Shown here: in pieces, positions 1 to 8,798 of the stretch
Numbering within the stretch: position 1 is the first letter of the stretch
Layout: every line of letters begins with the position of its first letter
Virus record (IMG/VR): IMGVR_UViG_3300046660_000488
Location: 310,001 to 374,000 of that record
Strand: one strand, 5' to 3'
Length of the DNA: 64,000 nt
Notes under the pieces: model-generated
Databases searched by the model: none
What the model was told of the DNA's origin: nothing
What the model saw: only the letters and a program-made list of their open reading frames with translations
Program-made: the position numbers and the translations under genes

Positions 1-661
1 ATTCCCGCCGAACCTGTCGGCGGAAACATCCGACGACGACGTCCGGCGGATCGGCTTCGATGCGCTCGACCATCTTGGCGACGTGGGCTTCCAGAAGCAC
101 TACGACAAGGTCATGTTCTTCGAGCCGACCTTCAAGCGGTTCTGCGACGTGTTCTCGGGCGACATCGCCGACAAGGAAATCATCCCGATCTCACGGATGA
201 TTCGTGGAGAGGGCCGTGGCGATTACGAGACGACTTTCCCACGCGGCGATGCTGAGTATTTCGAGCGGGAGAACATCAACCCGAACGTCGTCCTCGTCTC
301 GCCACAGGACGTCATCGACATGGTCTACGCGGGAGCCCCGGTCGGAACGATTTCTCTCCGCACGGTTCAGGTGATCCTCCAGCCGCCGACACGAGACAAC
401 TTGGATGGTGAGGTCATCGTCATTCCGAGTTCAACTCCGGCATTCTCCTACGTGTCGGTCGGCCCGGATTTCCAGTACTCCGTTTCACCGATCAAGGCCA
501 AGGTTCCTAGTTATCACACGTCGCGCTCTCTTGCGCTGACCGAATTCAAGATCGGTCATCTGACGCTCTACGCCGAAGAGCCGCCGCTGATGATCCATCG
601 CCTGATCACCGAAGCTCGCACGCGGGCGCTGGCCGAGAACCTGTGGGGCACGAGTGGTTGA
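1..661 (+). CDS. hypothetical protein, 5' truncated by window edge
   Basis: Frame is open from position 2 into the listed 83..661 ORF; overlaps next gene start. Confidence 0.6.
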   Translation, partial: FPPNLSAETSDDDVRRIGFDALDHLGDVGFQKHYDKVMFFEPTFKRFCDVFSGDIADKEIIPISRMIRGEGRGDYETTFPRGDAEYFERENINPNVVLVSPQDVIDMVYAGAPVGTISLRTVQVILQPPTRDNLDGEVIVIPSSTPAFSYVSVGPDFQYSVSPIKAKVPSYHTSRSLALTEFKIGHLTLYAEEPPLMIHRLITEARTRALAENLWGTSG

Positions 662-1148
662 ACTGACTTTCGAGTACCGCTCACCGACCGACGAAGAGAT
701 CGCCGACTACGCGGCCTCTGAGCCGGACGACAGTACGATCCTGTTCCAACTGATCTACAGCCACACCGGATCGTTCCCTGCTCAGAAACTCGACATCTAC
801 GAGGTGCAGAGTGAGGGCAAGGGCGCGTTCTGGGAGAACGAAAGCTGCACGCTGAATATGGGCATCGAAGCCTGTGTCGAGAGCGACGTCATCGAGGGCA
901 AAGTCACCGAAGGGTGGTGGGTGATCGAGAAATTCGTTCCCCACTATTCGAAGGACTATTACGGCGAGGTGGACTGCGATTACGAGTGCGACAACATTCG
1001 TCGTGCTCGTTGGTCAGATGTTAATCACTTCGGTCTACCATTGCCTCTCTTGGCACGACTGTTGCTGAAGGTCGGAGTGAACAACTACGTCCCGTTCAAT
1101 TTCGAGCCGAAGTACAACATCAAGCCGGTACAGGAGGGCGAGACTTGA
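654..1148 (+). CDS. acidic hypothetical protein
   Basis: 164 aa ORF in tightly packed + strand run. Confidence 0.6.
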   Translation: MVELTFEYRSPTDEEIADYAASEPDDSTILFQLIYSHTGSFPAQKLDIYEVQSEGKGAFWENESCTLNMGIEACVESDVIEGKVTEGWWVIEKFVPHYSKDYYGEVDCDYECDNIRRARWSDVNHFGLPLPLLARLLLKVGVNNYVPFNFEPKYNIKPVQEGET

Positions 1149-1453
1149 AGACCATTTTCGAACCGTTCGATTTCGAGCGCGGTGACGCCCATCGCCTCTC
1201 CGGCGCCGTGGTCCGCACCACCAAGTACGTCGATGGCAAGGTCCATTTCGGCGAGCCGTGGATGATCGGCTCGATCACCGTGATGAGCACCGACAAGGAA
1301 GCGTGCAAGAAGCGCTGGATGCTGGTCAGCACGATGGACGGCCTGTGCAACGGACCGTTCACGGCCGAAGAGTTGTGCGAGCAACTGAACAGCGCCGGGC
1401 ACGAGCGGGTCACCGTTCCTGTCAGCATCGGCAAGATGCTGGAGAAGAGATAG
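1145..1453 (+). CDS. hypothetical protein
   Basis: TTGA overlap with upstream stop; 102 aa. Confidence 0.6.
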   Translation: MKTIFEPFDFERGDAHRLSGAVVRTTKYVDGKVHFGEPWMIGSITVMSTDKEACKKRWMLVSTMDGLCNGPFTAEELCEQLNSAGHERVTVPVSIGKMLEKR

Positions 1454-1480
1454 TATTCAGCAATCTGTGCTTGACTGTGA

Positions 1481-1517
1481 AGCCTCCGTAGTGTAACCAC
1501 TGCGGAGGTTTTTCTTT
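1481..1517 (+). terminator. intrinsic terminator
   Basis: CCTCCGTAGTG-TAAC-CACTGCGGAGG stem followed by TTTTTCTTT. Confidence 0.7.
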
Positions 1518-1526
1518 GGAGGCTGC

Positions 1527-1802
1527 ATGGCCGATCTCAGCGAACAGGACCGCGCCGCGCTGCTGCGCGTTCTGGACCGCATTCGAGTTAGCTCGGGCAA
1601 CACGGCCCGGCTGGCGCGCGAGGCCGATCATGGTCACCGCATGCTGGTTCGCAAGGCCAAGGAACGTGTCGAGCGCGTCAACAGCGCCCACGAAGAAATC
1701 CGGGCGCTGAAGAAGGCTCTGGACCTTCCGCTGGAAGGCTGGGAATCTGTGGTGATGGTCTACAAGACCGACGAAGAGAAATACGGTTTGGAGACCGCCT
1801 GA
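1527..1802 (+). CDS. hypothetical coiled-coil protein
   Basis: GGAGG RBS upstream; 91 aa. Confidence 0.65.
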   Translation: MADLSEQDRAALLRVLDRIRVSSGNTARLAREADHGHRMLVRKAKERVERVNSAHEEIRALKKALDLPLEGWESVVMVYKTDEEKYGLETA

Positions 1803-2251
1803 TGGAAAAGCAACCGCCGTTCGAAGGCCACGAGTGGGACGCCCAACTGATCGAAGGTCGGTGGCGCGTCGGTATGAAGGGCAACCTCGACACACCGCAT
1901 GACGCGATCCTGTCGATCCATCCCGGCATCATCAACGAAGCGCTGGCCGAGCGCATCGCGCGCGACATCGTCGAGCTTCAGAACACCCGCCTGAAGAACG
2001 TCGGTTGGGTGCACGTCGCCCAGTGCGATTTCTATCACTTCAAGGACGGGCGCCAAGTTCTGGGCAAGCTCGACGACGGCGAGGTCATGATCCTCTACTG
2101 GGAGGACAAGACCGACTACAAGGACACCTGCGACACCGTCACCTACAAGGCCGGGTGGAGCAACGGTGAACGCTGCATGGACGGCGGCCGGAACACCCAT
2201 GGCCGTCTGCTCGTTTTCGAACCGACCTTCGTACGCGCCATTCCGGAATAA
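1802..2251 (+). CDS. hypothetical protein
   Basis: TGATG coupling; 149 aa. Confidence 0.65.
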   Translation: MEKQPPFEGHEWDAQLIEGRWRVGMKGNLDTPHDAILSIHPGIINEALAERIARDIVELQNTRLKNVGWVHVAQCDFYHFKDGRQVLGKLDDGEVMILYWEDKTDYKDTCDTVTYKAGWSNGERCMDGGRNTHGRLLVFEPTFVRAIPE

Positions 2252-2254
2252 GCC

Positions 2255-2422
2255 ATGCGGCGGGAACGCTTCTTCACCTTGCCGAGCAACATCGGCTTCC
2301 AAGTCCGCGACCGTGAAACGATGCAATGCGTCGAGGAACGCGGCGGGATGTTGGTGTTCAAGTCGCAAACCGGCGCCAGTAAAGCCGCAGCACGCCTCAA
2401 CCGGGAGACCAAAAATGTTTAA
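2255..2422 (+). CDS. small hypothetical protein (55 aa, MRRERFFTLP...)
   Basis: Translated by hand; fills gap between neighbours; below ORF-track cutoff. Confidence 0.5.
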   Translation: MRRERFFTLPSNIGFQVRDRETMQCVEERGGMLVFKSQTGASKAAARLNRETKNV

Positions 2423-2603
2423 GAACCTGCCGTTTGATCTGAACCTGATCCTGTCGAGGTCGCCGCACGACGCCAACGAAGACAACGGCCTCGTGCTGGT
2501 GGTCGGCCCTGACACGCCGCCGCACTCGCATCCGATGGGGCTTCGCGCTCCGGCGTTCATGGCCTTCATCGAAAAGATGATGACCAACCCAACCGTCCAC
2601 TAA
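2415..2603 (+). CDS. small hypothetical protein (62 aa, MFKNLPFDL...)
   Basis: Internal ATG of listed 2166..2603 ORF, overlapping previous stop. Confidence 0.5.
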   Translation: MFKNLPFDLNLILSRSPHDANEDNGLVLVVGPDTPPHSHPMGLRAPAFMAFIEKMMTNPTVH

Positions 2604-3508
2604 GCGACGCGGAACCCGTTGACGGCCTTGTCGTCCCAGAACACGTAGGCGTGGTGCTTGAAACCACCGCCCATGGTGATGCCACCGGCGTACTGAATGC
2701 CGGTGATGCGGTCTGCCTGTAGCAGGCGCCGGAAGAGGGCGTGTGCCTCTTCGTTGTGGATGAACGGGCTGTCCGCGCCGATGCCCGTGTAGACCTCACG
2801 GAACGACGGCAGGTCGCCATCCTCGCGCTCATAGCTCGTCACGAAATTGGCGACGTCACGGGCGGTGGCCCGGTCGTCGAATTTGTTGAGCACGCTGATC
2901 AGATCGTTCAGCACACCTCGGGTGATCGTCGCGTCGGCGATCAGGACCCGACGCAGATATTCATCCGGAACATCGAAGACCGCGAGCCCGGCGTTCGACA
3001 CCGGCATCTTTTTCTGGATGACGGCCGTACCGTCCAGCTTGACGCGGACCTCGTAGGTGCGCGCCAGCTTCTTCCACTGTTCAGCCGCGTACGCCATGCG
3101 CTTGGCTTCCTCAGCCTTGCGGAGATCGTTCGTCACGACTCCCCATTGGCCGCCGTCCGAAAACTCGACGGTGGAAGACCAGTACGCGGTCTCCCGGCTG
3201 TGATCGACACCATTGGCGTCGATCTTGGACGCCAGCATGCGGCAGTATTTCTGGACGACTTCCTGCTTGGTCTTGGCGCTGGTGCGGAAGATCACGTCTC
3301 CCGGTGTGTCCGTGCCCTTGGTCATGTAATCGCCCGCGACGCGGCGGCTGTCGGTCAGGTAGATGCCATGGCCGAACAGACCGTAGAGCGAAGTCTTCTC
3401 CGTCTCGAAACTGTCGATCTTGGCAGAGTCGCCACGATACAGGCGGACATGACCCGGCTTGGGAGCCGGGACCTTGGTGGCTTCGGAGAGAATTTCATTC
3501 GCGCGCAT
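2600..3508 (-). CDS. ADP-ribosyltransferase-like protein, probable virion internal protein
   Basis: LYRG...FGHGIYLTDSRRVAGDY near N-terminus and ITGIQY...YVFW near C-terminus resemble ART-PolyVal-type folds; N-terminus MRANEILSE; late motif 5 nt upstream. Confidence 0.55.
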   Translation of the reverse strand: MRANEILSEATKVPAPKPGHVRLYRGDSAKIDSFETEKTSLYGLFGHGIYLTDSRRVAGDYMTKGTDTPGDVIFRTSAKTKQEVVQKYCRMLASKIDANGVDHSRETAYWSSTVEFSDGGQWGVVTNDLRKAEEAKRMAYAAEQWKKLARTYEVRVKLDGTAVIQKKMPVSNAGLAVFDVPDEYLRRVLIADATITRGVLNDLISVLNKFDDRATARDVANFVTSYEREDGDLPSFREVYTGIGADSPFIHNEEAHALFRRLLQADRITGIQYAGGITMGGGFKHHAYVFWDDKAVNGFRVA

Positions 3509-3513
3509 GGCCT

Positions 3514-3520
3514 TATTTAT
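3514..3520 (-). promoter_or_regulatory. late promoter motif ATAAATA
   Basis: T4-like TATAAATA core; 5 nt before ATG 3508. Confidence 0.65.
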
Positions 3521-3588
3521 GGTTGATTTTCGTTGACCAAAAACTCGCAGCACGCCTATGGTGCAGGCTTCAGTTACCGGATCACGCC

Positions 3589-4152
3589 ATGCCCTCGTTC
3601 ACCGTCATGCACGCTCATCAGAAGGTCAGCGAGAGCGAGGACTACGTGTTTTTCCTCAACGGCCCGTTGAGCCAATGGCACAAGTCCACGTTCCAGCAGC
3701 GGCTGATCTACAACGGCGAACTCTTCACGTTCAGCCACGCCGAGCAGTACATGATGGCGGGCAAGGCTGTCCTGTTCGACGACTACGAAACGCTGGAAGA
3801 CATCCTGAAGGCCAAGACCCCGGACGAGCAGAAGGCGCTCGGCAAGAAAGTCAAGAATTTCAACCAGACCAAGTGGGATTCCAACGCCCGCAAGATCGTC
3901 CTGCGCGGCAATCTGGCCAAGTTCAGCCAGAACGAAGACCTCAAGCACTACCTGCTGTCGTTCGACCGCAACAAGCGCTTCGTCGAGGGCGCGTGGTACG
4001 ATCCGGTCTGGGGCGTCAAGCTGGCGTGGGACAACCCGCTGATCCTCAACCCGGCCAACTGGCAGGGGACGAACTGGCTGGGCGGTGTGCACGACATCGT
4101 CCGCCAAATCCTGATCCATGATCCGTCGCTGGACCTGATGTCGGATGCGTGA
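3589..4152 (+). CDS. NADAR family (YbiA-like) protein
   Basis: AEQYMMAGKAVLFDD, QKALGKKVKNF, FVEG..YDPVWG, GTNWLG motifs; start chosen at MPSFTV. Confidence 0.88.
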   Translation: MPSFTVMHAHQKVSESEDYVFFLNGPLSQWHKSTFQQRLIYNGELFTFSHAEQYMMAGKAVLFDDYETLEDILKAKTPDEQKALGKKVKNFNQTKWDSNARKIVLRGNLAKFSQNEDLKHYLLSFDRNKRFVEGAWYDPVWGVKLAWDNPLILNPANWQGTNWLGGVHDIVRQILIHDPSLDLMSDA

Positions 4153-5170
4153 GCCCTTCATCTTGCATGGCAAGGAAGTCGTGCCCGGCCAGACGCTGAA
4201 GGTCATCCGCGACCAGATCAACTTCGCACACTGGGCACATGCCGAAGGCTATCCGGTCGTCGGCATGCTGTGCACGGTCGCCGAAGAGCAGGACTTGATC
4301 GACACGCACATTCACATGCGGTTCAAGGCCACCGACATCGGTTATCCGGACCGTGAAGACGATGACGACCGCACGGTCGGCCGCAATTTGGAGCGCGCCT
4401 CACTGGGACTGCCGGGCGACCCGGTGGAACCCGAGCTTTTCATCGATCCGATCCCGATCACCAAAGAGCTTCGGCCGATTGACCGGCTCATCCGGCCGCT
4501 CCTGCTGCGCTATCCGTCGCTCTATCGCAAGCGCATTGAAGTGCTGTTCAGCATTTTCCTGTCGAGCGGTTTCGAGTGGAAAGACGGCGTCATCGTCCCC
4601 GACCGTTACGACCTGACCAAGCATCCGTTCGACCGTGGCCTGCACATCAATCCGCTGCGGTACATGAAAGAATTCGACACGGTCTACACGTCGCAAATGC
4701 TGCACGTGGACCAGCCGACAGACCATGGCGATCTTACTGAAGGCGTGCGGCAACTTTACGTCAAGATGGCGGAAGACCGGGCCAAGGAACTTGAACGGAA
4801 GCTGGCCGAAGACTTGGAACGGTCCAGCCGAATCGACGAGATTTGCAGCACGTGCATCCCCGGCGACACGCTGAATCGTCTCGAACACTCCGTCGTGGCC
4901 TACATGGTCCACAGCAACATGATCAGCATGTTCAGCAAAGGCGTCCTCTGGGACATGCCGGTTGAAGTAGAGCAATCCTGCTACGACGCTGCGTGCGAGT
5001 TCATGGATGCGATGGTCAACAGCCATGATTTCCTCGCCTATCCGAAATCAATACCGATTGAGAAATTCAACAATACACACATCAATGAAATCGCGATGTG
5101 TTGGAATGATTTCCATCGGTCGCGCAAGCCCAGTGAAGGGAAGTACTGGAGCGATATCCCGTACATCTAA
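4145..5170 (+). CDS. hypothetical protein
   Basis: 341 aa ORF overlapping NADAR stop. Confidence 0.65.
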   Translation: MREPFILHGKEVVPGQTLKVIRDQINFAHWAHAEGYPVVGMLCTVAEEQDLIDTHIHMRFKATDIGYPDREDDDDRTVGRNLERASLGLPGDPVEPELFIDPIPITKELRPIDRLIRPLLLRYPSLYRKRIEVLFSIFLSSGFEWKDGVIVPDRYDLTKHPFDRGLHINPLRYMKEFDTVYTSQMLHVDQPTDHGDLTEGVRQLYVKMAEDRAKELERKLAEDLERSSRIDEICSTCIPGDTLNRLEHSVVAYMVHSNMISMFSKGVLWDMPVEVEQSCYDAACEFMDAMVNSHDFLAYPKSIPIEKFNNTHINEIAMCWNDFHRSRKPSEGKYWSDIPYI

Positions 5171-5183
5171 TCGGCACAGCCTC

Positions 5184-5205
5184 TTTACATGGGTAACCAT
5201 GTAAA
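5184..5205. repeat. perfect AT-rich inverted repeat
   Basis: TTTACATGG-GTAA-CCATGTAAA; no U-tract after it on either strand, so operator or weak terminator. Confidence 0.4.
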
Positions 5206-5282
5206 AGAAAAATCCGTTTGCCGTGCGTAATCTGGTGCACTAAAGTGCTCGCAGACAGTTCGCGCGTACTCGGAGAGCAACC

Positions 5283-5567
5283 TTGCCCAAGGCGTACTAC
5301 CACGTTGAGCAACACCCCGGCGTGATTGTGCTCACGGACCTGAACGGGTCTCAGAGCATCACCAACGACGCCGAAGCGGTGATTGTTGACCTCTCCACGA
5401 AATACGATCTCGTCAAGAACCGGGTGATCTACCGTGACTCGATGGGCCGTTACGACGGTCTGGCCGTCAAGGGCAACCGCTTCGTCGGTTTCATCCACAT
5501 CGGCCTCGACGACAAGCACAAAGCGATCATGGCTGCGGCCAGCCGCGAGCGGTGGCCCGACCGATGA
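5283..5567 (+). CDS. phage hypothetical protein
   Basis: GGAG RBS, TTG start; SITNDAE and RVIYRDS motifs. Confidence 0.65.
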   Translation: MPKAYYHVEQHPGVIVLTDLNGSQSITNDAEAVIVDLSTKYDLVKNRVIYRDSMGRYDGLAVKGNRFVGFIHIGLDDKHKAIMAAASRERWPDR

Positions 5568-5749
5568 TGATCCGCTCCGCGATGCTCGAACGCATCGCCC
5601 GACTCATCAGCCCGCACGATTGGGCGGCCTTCGACCAGTTGTCCACGGAGGACTATCGCTTCGTGGGTCTGAGCATCGAACCGTCGCTGGACAAGGCCGA
5701 TAAGATCATCGCGATGATCGAAGAAGATCGAGCGGGAAGGCTGTACTGA
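5564..5749 (+). CDS. hypothetical protein
   Basis: ATGA overlap. Confidence 0.55.
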   Translation: MMIRSAMLERIARLISPHDWAAFDQLSTEDYRFVGLSIEPSLDKADKIIAMIEEDRAGRLY

Positions 5750-6108
5750 TGGCGCGCATTTCCACACACAACAAGACCATGGTGATCGTCGAAGAGACGG
5801 TGCAGCGCGTCTATCTGCTCGACCCGGACGACCAGAAAACGGCCCATACCGTCGAAGCCTTGCGTGGGCTGGTGTCCGGCCAATATCTCGAAGGCATTCC
5901 GATGTCGTGGGACAAGCCGATCACGCTGGGCAAGCGCGCCAAGAAGGCGCCGCTGATGCCCAACATCACGCTGCGCGAACTGAACGAAGTCGAGCGCTTC
6001 AGCACGTTCGCCAAGCTGACGGTCGTCGTTCCGGACGAGACCGGCAATCCGTCCTTGGAGTTCAACTTCACCAAGACGACTGCCTCGCGCAAGCCGGTGA
6101 AAGCGTGA
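5749..6108 (+). CDS. hypothetical protein
   Basis: TGATG coupling; 119 aa. Confidence 0.65.
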   Translation: MARISTHNKTMVIVEETVQRVYLLDPDDQKTAHTVEALRGLVSGQYLEGIPMSWDKPITLGKRAKKAPLMPNITLRELNEVERFSTFAKLTVVVPDETGNPSLEFNFTKTTASRKPVKA

Positions 6109-6287
6109 AGGAAACCCCTCTGACGGCCTACTACCGCCGGATCAAGGCCATCAAGCGTGGTGGCGCGGCGGAACAACGTATCTGGGAAGAGATCGACAAG
6201 TTGTCGGCTTACGAACAGGGCCAGTACCTGTTCTACAAGAAGCATGGCGACAAGACGTTCCTCCAAATCACGGGAGTAAGCATTTGA
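6105..6287 (+). CDS. hypothetical protein (MKETPLTAYYRR...)
   Basis: GTGA overlap with upstream stop. Confidence 0.55.
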   Translation: MKETPLTAYYRRIKAIKRGGAAEQRIWEEIDKLSAYEQGQYLFYKKHGDKTFLQITGVSI

Positions 6288-6781
6288 TCAACCTACCAGC
6301 CGAACACCTCGCGCTCGACACCAAGATCAAGAAACTGCGCGAGCAGAAATGGTCGCCGGAGCAAATCGCGTTGTACCTCAAGGCCGACGTCGCCTACGTG
6401 CGGTCAACGCTCATTGATCTGGGCCTGATGCAGTACCGTCTGCCGAAGGCGGCTCGTCCCGTGGCGCCGGTCGTTGATCAAAAGCTGATCGACGACATTG
6501 AGGTCTATGGCAAGGACTTCCCCAAGAGCGCCCAGACGATCCGCCAGATGCTTCGCCACCTGTCGGTGTCGGAAGTGGCCGCCAAGCTCCAGATGACCTA
6601 CAGCGAGGTCTACATCTTCGCCCGCAAGGCTGGGATGATCTCGGCGCGCACCATCACCGTCGCCCAGCGACGGGAAGCCGTCAAGCTGGCCAAGCAAGTC
6701 GGTGAGGCGGCGGCTGCGCGCCAACTTGGCTTCAGCCCGGCCACGGTCTCTCGGTGGGCCAGCACCCCCAAATTCGCATGA
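6284..6781 (+). CDS. multi-HTH DNA-binding protein
   Basis: Three HTH-like segments: SPEQIALYL, SVSEVAAKLQMTYSEV, GEAAAARQLGFSPATVSRW. Confidence 0.6.
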   Translation: MINLPAEHLALDTKIKKLREQKWSPEQIALYLKADVAYVRSTLIDLGLMQYRLPKAARPVAPVVDQKLIDDIEVYGKDFPKSAQTIRQMLRHLSVSEVAAKLQMTYSEVYIFARKAGMISARTITVAQRREAVKLAKQVGEAAAARQLGFSPATVSRWASTPKFA

Positions 6782-6978
6782 GCCGGACCAGCGCCAAAGG
6801 GCCATCGTTCTGGGTCGATAACGACGGCAAGGTCATGCAGGTGATCGACGGCCAGTCGGTGCATATCGACACGCTCGACCCCGGCGAACTGTTCAAGATG
6901 CGGAACACCATCCGCGTCGGCTCGTCCACCTATCGCTACACAGCCAATCCGGTGATGTTTGTTCGACCCCGCAAATAA
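6778..6978 (+). CDS. hypothetical protein
   Basis: ATGA overlap. Confidence 0.5.
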   Translation: MSRTSAKGPSFWVDNDGKVMQVIDGQSVHIDTLDPGELFKMRNTIRVGSSTYRYTANPVMFVRPRK

Positions 6979-7483
6979 CAGCCTCGGCAAGCGCGTCCTG
7001 ACCTTTCGCGAGCACGAGACCATCAACCGGGCCATGCAGTCGGTCTGGACCATGCCCAAGACACTCATCGAGCAGCCGGGACCGTCCACCAAGGACGAGT
7101 TTATGGAAATCCGGATGCTTCCACGAAAGCATCCGGACGGCGTCGTCGCCGAGCGCGTCGGATTGTTCGGCCGGGCCATCGCGCTGCATGATTACCTCTA
7201 TCCGATCAAGGAGGTGATGGTGAACCCGCGCCGCTATTTCCTGTTCGCGCCGGAGTGGGGGATCATGCTGGCCCCGTACACCTTCGTCCTGCCGGACCGT
7301 GATTTCGCGGGCGTGATCCAGAAACCGGCCACGTTTTACTGGCAAGACCCGGACCACGATGCTTGCTGGATTGGGGCGCCGCTGAAGGATGCTCCGCGAC
7401 CGCACATCCATTTCTACGCAGAGAACGGCGAGACCAAGTTCACCACCGATCTCATGATGATGAAGATGATGTACGAGGATTGA
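6959..7483 (+). CDS. hypothetical protein
   Basis: 174 aa ORF continuing the operon. Confidence 0.6.
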   Translation: MFDPANNSLGKRVLTFREHETINRAMQSVWTMPKTLIEQPGPSTKDEFMEIRMLPRKHPDGVVAERVGLFGRAIALHDYLYPIKEVMVNPRRYFLFAPEWGIMLAPYTFVLPDRDFAGVIQKPATFYWQDPDHDACWIGAPLKDAPRPHIHFYAENGETKFTTDLMMMKMMYED

Positions 7484-7508
7484 CACCAGTCGTCACCTCG
7501 ACTATGAC
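7480..7508 (+). promoter_or_regulatory. sigma70-like promoter
   Basis: TTGACA-N17-TATGAC. Confidence 0.5.
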
Positions 7509-7509
7509 T

Positions 7510-7694
7510 TCTACATAGAACGCACTATACGACAAGCTATAGCTGGTTCTAAATCAAGACTGCTTCCCGCAACGGTGAAAGCGTCAACGTGGACTGTGTT
7601 GGCAATAGTGTTTGCTGGCAAGTCAAAGCGAGGCTGAATCGCGATTTCAGCACCCTGTCCACTTCACGCCATAACTCCGTCCTCGGGGAGCCCC
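7510..7694 (+). ncRNA. structured 5' leader, partly resembling a cobalamin riboswitch
   Basis: GGTTCTAAATCAAGACTGCTTCCCGCAACGGTGA core plus GTGGAC/GTCCAC and GCTGAA/TTCAGC stems; lacks GGGAA element. Confidence 0.3.
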
Positions 7695-8189
7695 ATGACA
7701 CGCACGATCCGGCGCCTGCCGGTGAACAGGTACTCACGACCGTTCAGACGGTACGTGTACGCCTTCGCCACCAAAGACATCAACGTCCTGCGCGAGCACC
7801 GCTACCGGCCTCCGCCGTGTCCGCAGTACGTGCATGTCTGGCGTGAAGAAATGCGCGACGTCTATACGTGGCATACGCGCACGGTGCAGTATCTGAGCGA
7901 GTACACTCGCCGGTGGGTGTCTTATGAAGAGCACTATAGCACCAAGGTAAAGAAGCTCCAGCGCTGGCAGGAGCGTGTGCCCAACCCGGACTGGGACTGG
8001 CGGGCCGACGACACGCACCACATGTGGATCAACGTCCATCACCATGTCTACCGCAACGGATCGGTGACGCGGTGCAGCGCCATAAACGTGCGCTTGGATC
8101 GTCGTCTCTACCATCAGGCCCAGCGCGCGAGGGCCAAGGTTGCACTGCGGAATTTGGTTGACGAATTTTATAATGAACCGATAGGGTAA
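7695..8189 (+). CDS. Arg-rich basic hypothetical protein
   Basis: GGGGAG RBS; 164 aa. Confidence 0.65.
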   Translation: MTRTIRRLPVNRYSRPFRRYVYAFATKDINVLREHRYRPPPCPQYVHVWREEMRDVYTWHTRTVQYLSEYTRRWVSYEEHYSTKVKKLQRWQERVPNPDWDWRADDTHHMWINVHHHVYRNGSVTRCSAINVRLDRRLYHQAQRARAKVALRNLVDEFYNEPIG

Positions 8190-8210
8190 CCATATTGTGG
8201 AGACCCCATT

Positions 8211-8561
8211 TTGCAACCCGTGTTCTATTTTGGACCCGAACATGAACACCCCGGCTACGTCATGTTCCGGGTCAGTCGTGGGGAGAAGATTCCTAAGAAT
8301 TGGTACAAGGTGAGCACCCGTGTGGCGACGGTTGAGTCGGAGCATCCGGGCAGTTGTCGGCCGGAAGCCGGAGCGTTGGAATGGCCAATCCTCCAGCTAA
8401 AGACGGAGGCCAACAAATGGCTCGACGACCAGTGCCGTGGGCATCAGGCGATCCTGCTTGAACGGCGTGACGAGTGTGGCGTTTATCACGACGTCCACAT
8501 CGAGTTCAGCCGAGTGGAGGACGAAACCCTCTTCCACTTCATGTTCCATTGCGGTGAGTAA
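8211..8561 (+). CDS. hypothetical protein (paralog family, C-terminal F-x-x-x-x-D-x-x-x-F motif)
   Basis: C-terminus IEFSRVEDETLFHFMF. Confidence 0.55.
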   Translation: MQPVFYFGPEHEHPGYVMFRVSRGEKIPKNWYKVSTRVATVESEHPGSCRPEAGALEWPILQLKTEANKWLDDQCRGHQAILLERRDECGVYHDVHIEFSRVEDETLFHFMFHCGE

Positions 8562-8777
8562 GTGTCCAAGCTCTACATCGTCGAAGGTCTCTACGAGAGC
8601 TACAAAGCACCGGCTCTCAAGTACTGGGGCATGGTCGCGTTCAACGACTATGGCTACGGCGTCTTCAAGGATAAGGCGGCGGCGGACTTGATGATCGCGA
8701 TGGCGGATATTTCGCAGATTGGTATTCATCCGAGAGACAAACTCGTGAAGCTTCGCATTGTGAAGCAGCGCGTCTAA
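8562..8777 (+). CDS. hypothetical protein
   Basis: GTG directly after upstream stop. Confidence 0.55.
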   Translation: MSKLYIVEGLYESYKAPALKYWGMVAFNDYGYGVFKDKAAADLMIAMADISQIGIHPRDKLVKLRIVKQRV

Positions 8778-8798
8778 CCAATACTTCAGGTAATTTCT

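Noticed and set aside
7543-7556. GGTTCTAAATC resembling a tRNA T-arm
   Set aside because: No acceptor stem, D-arm or anticodon arm could be folded around it; no tRNA seen in the window
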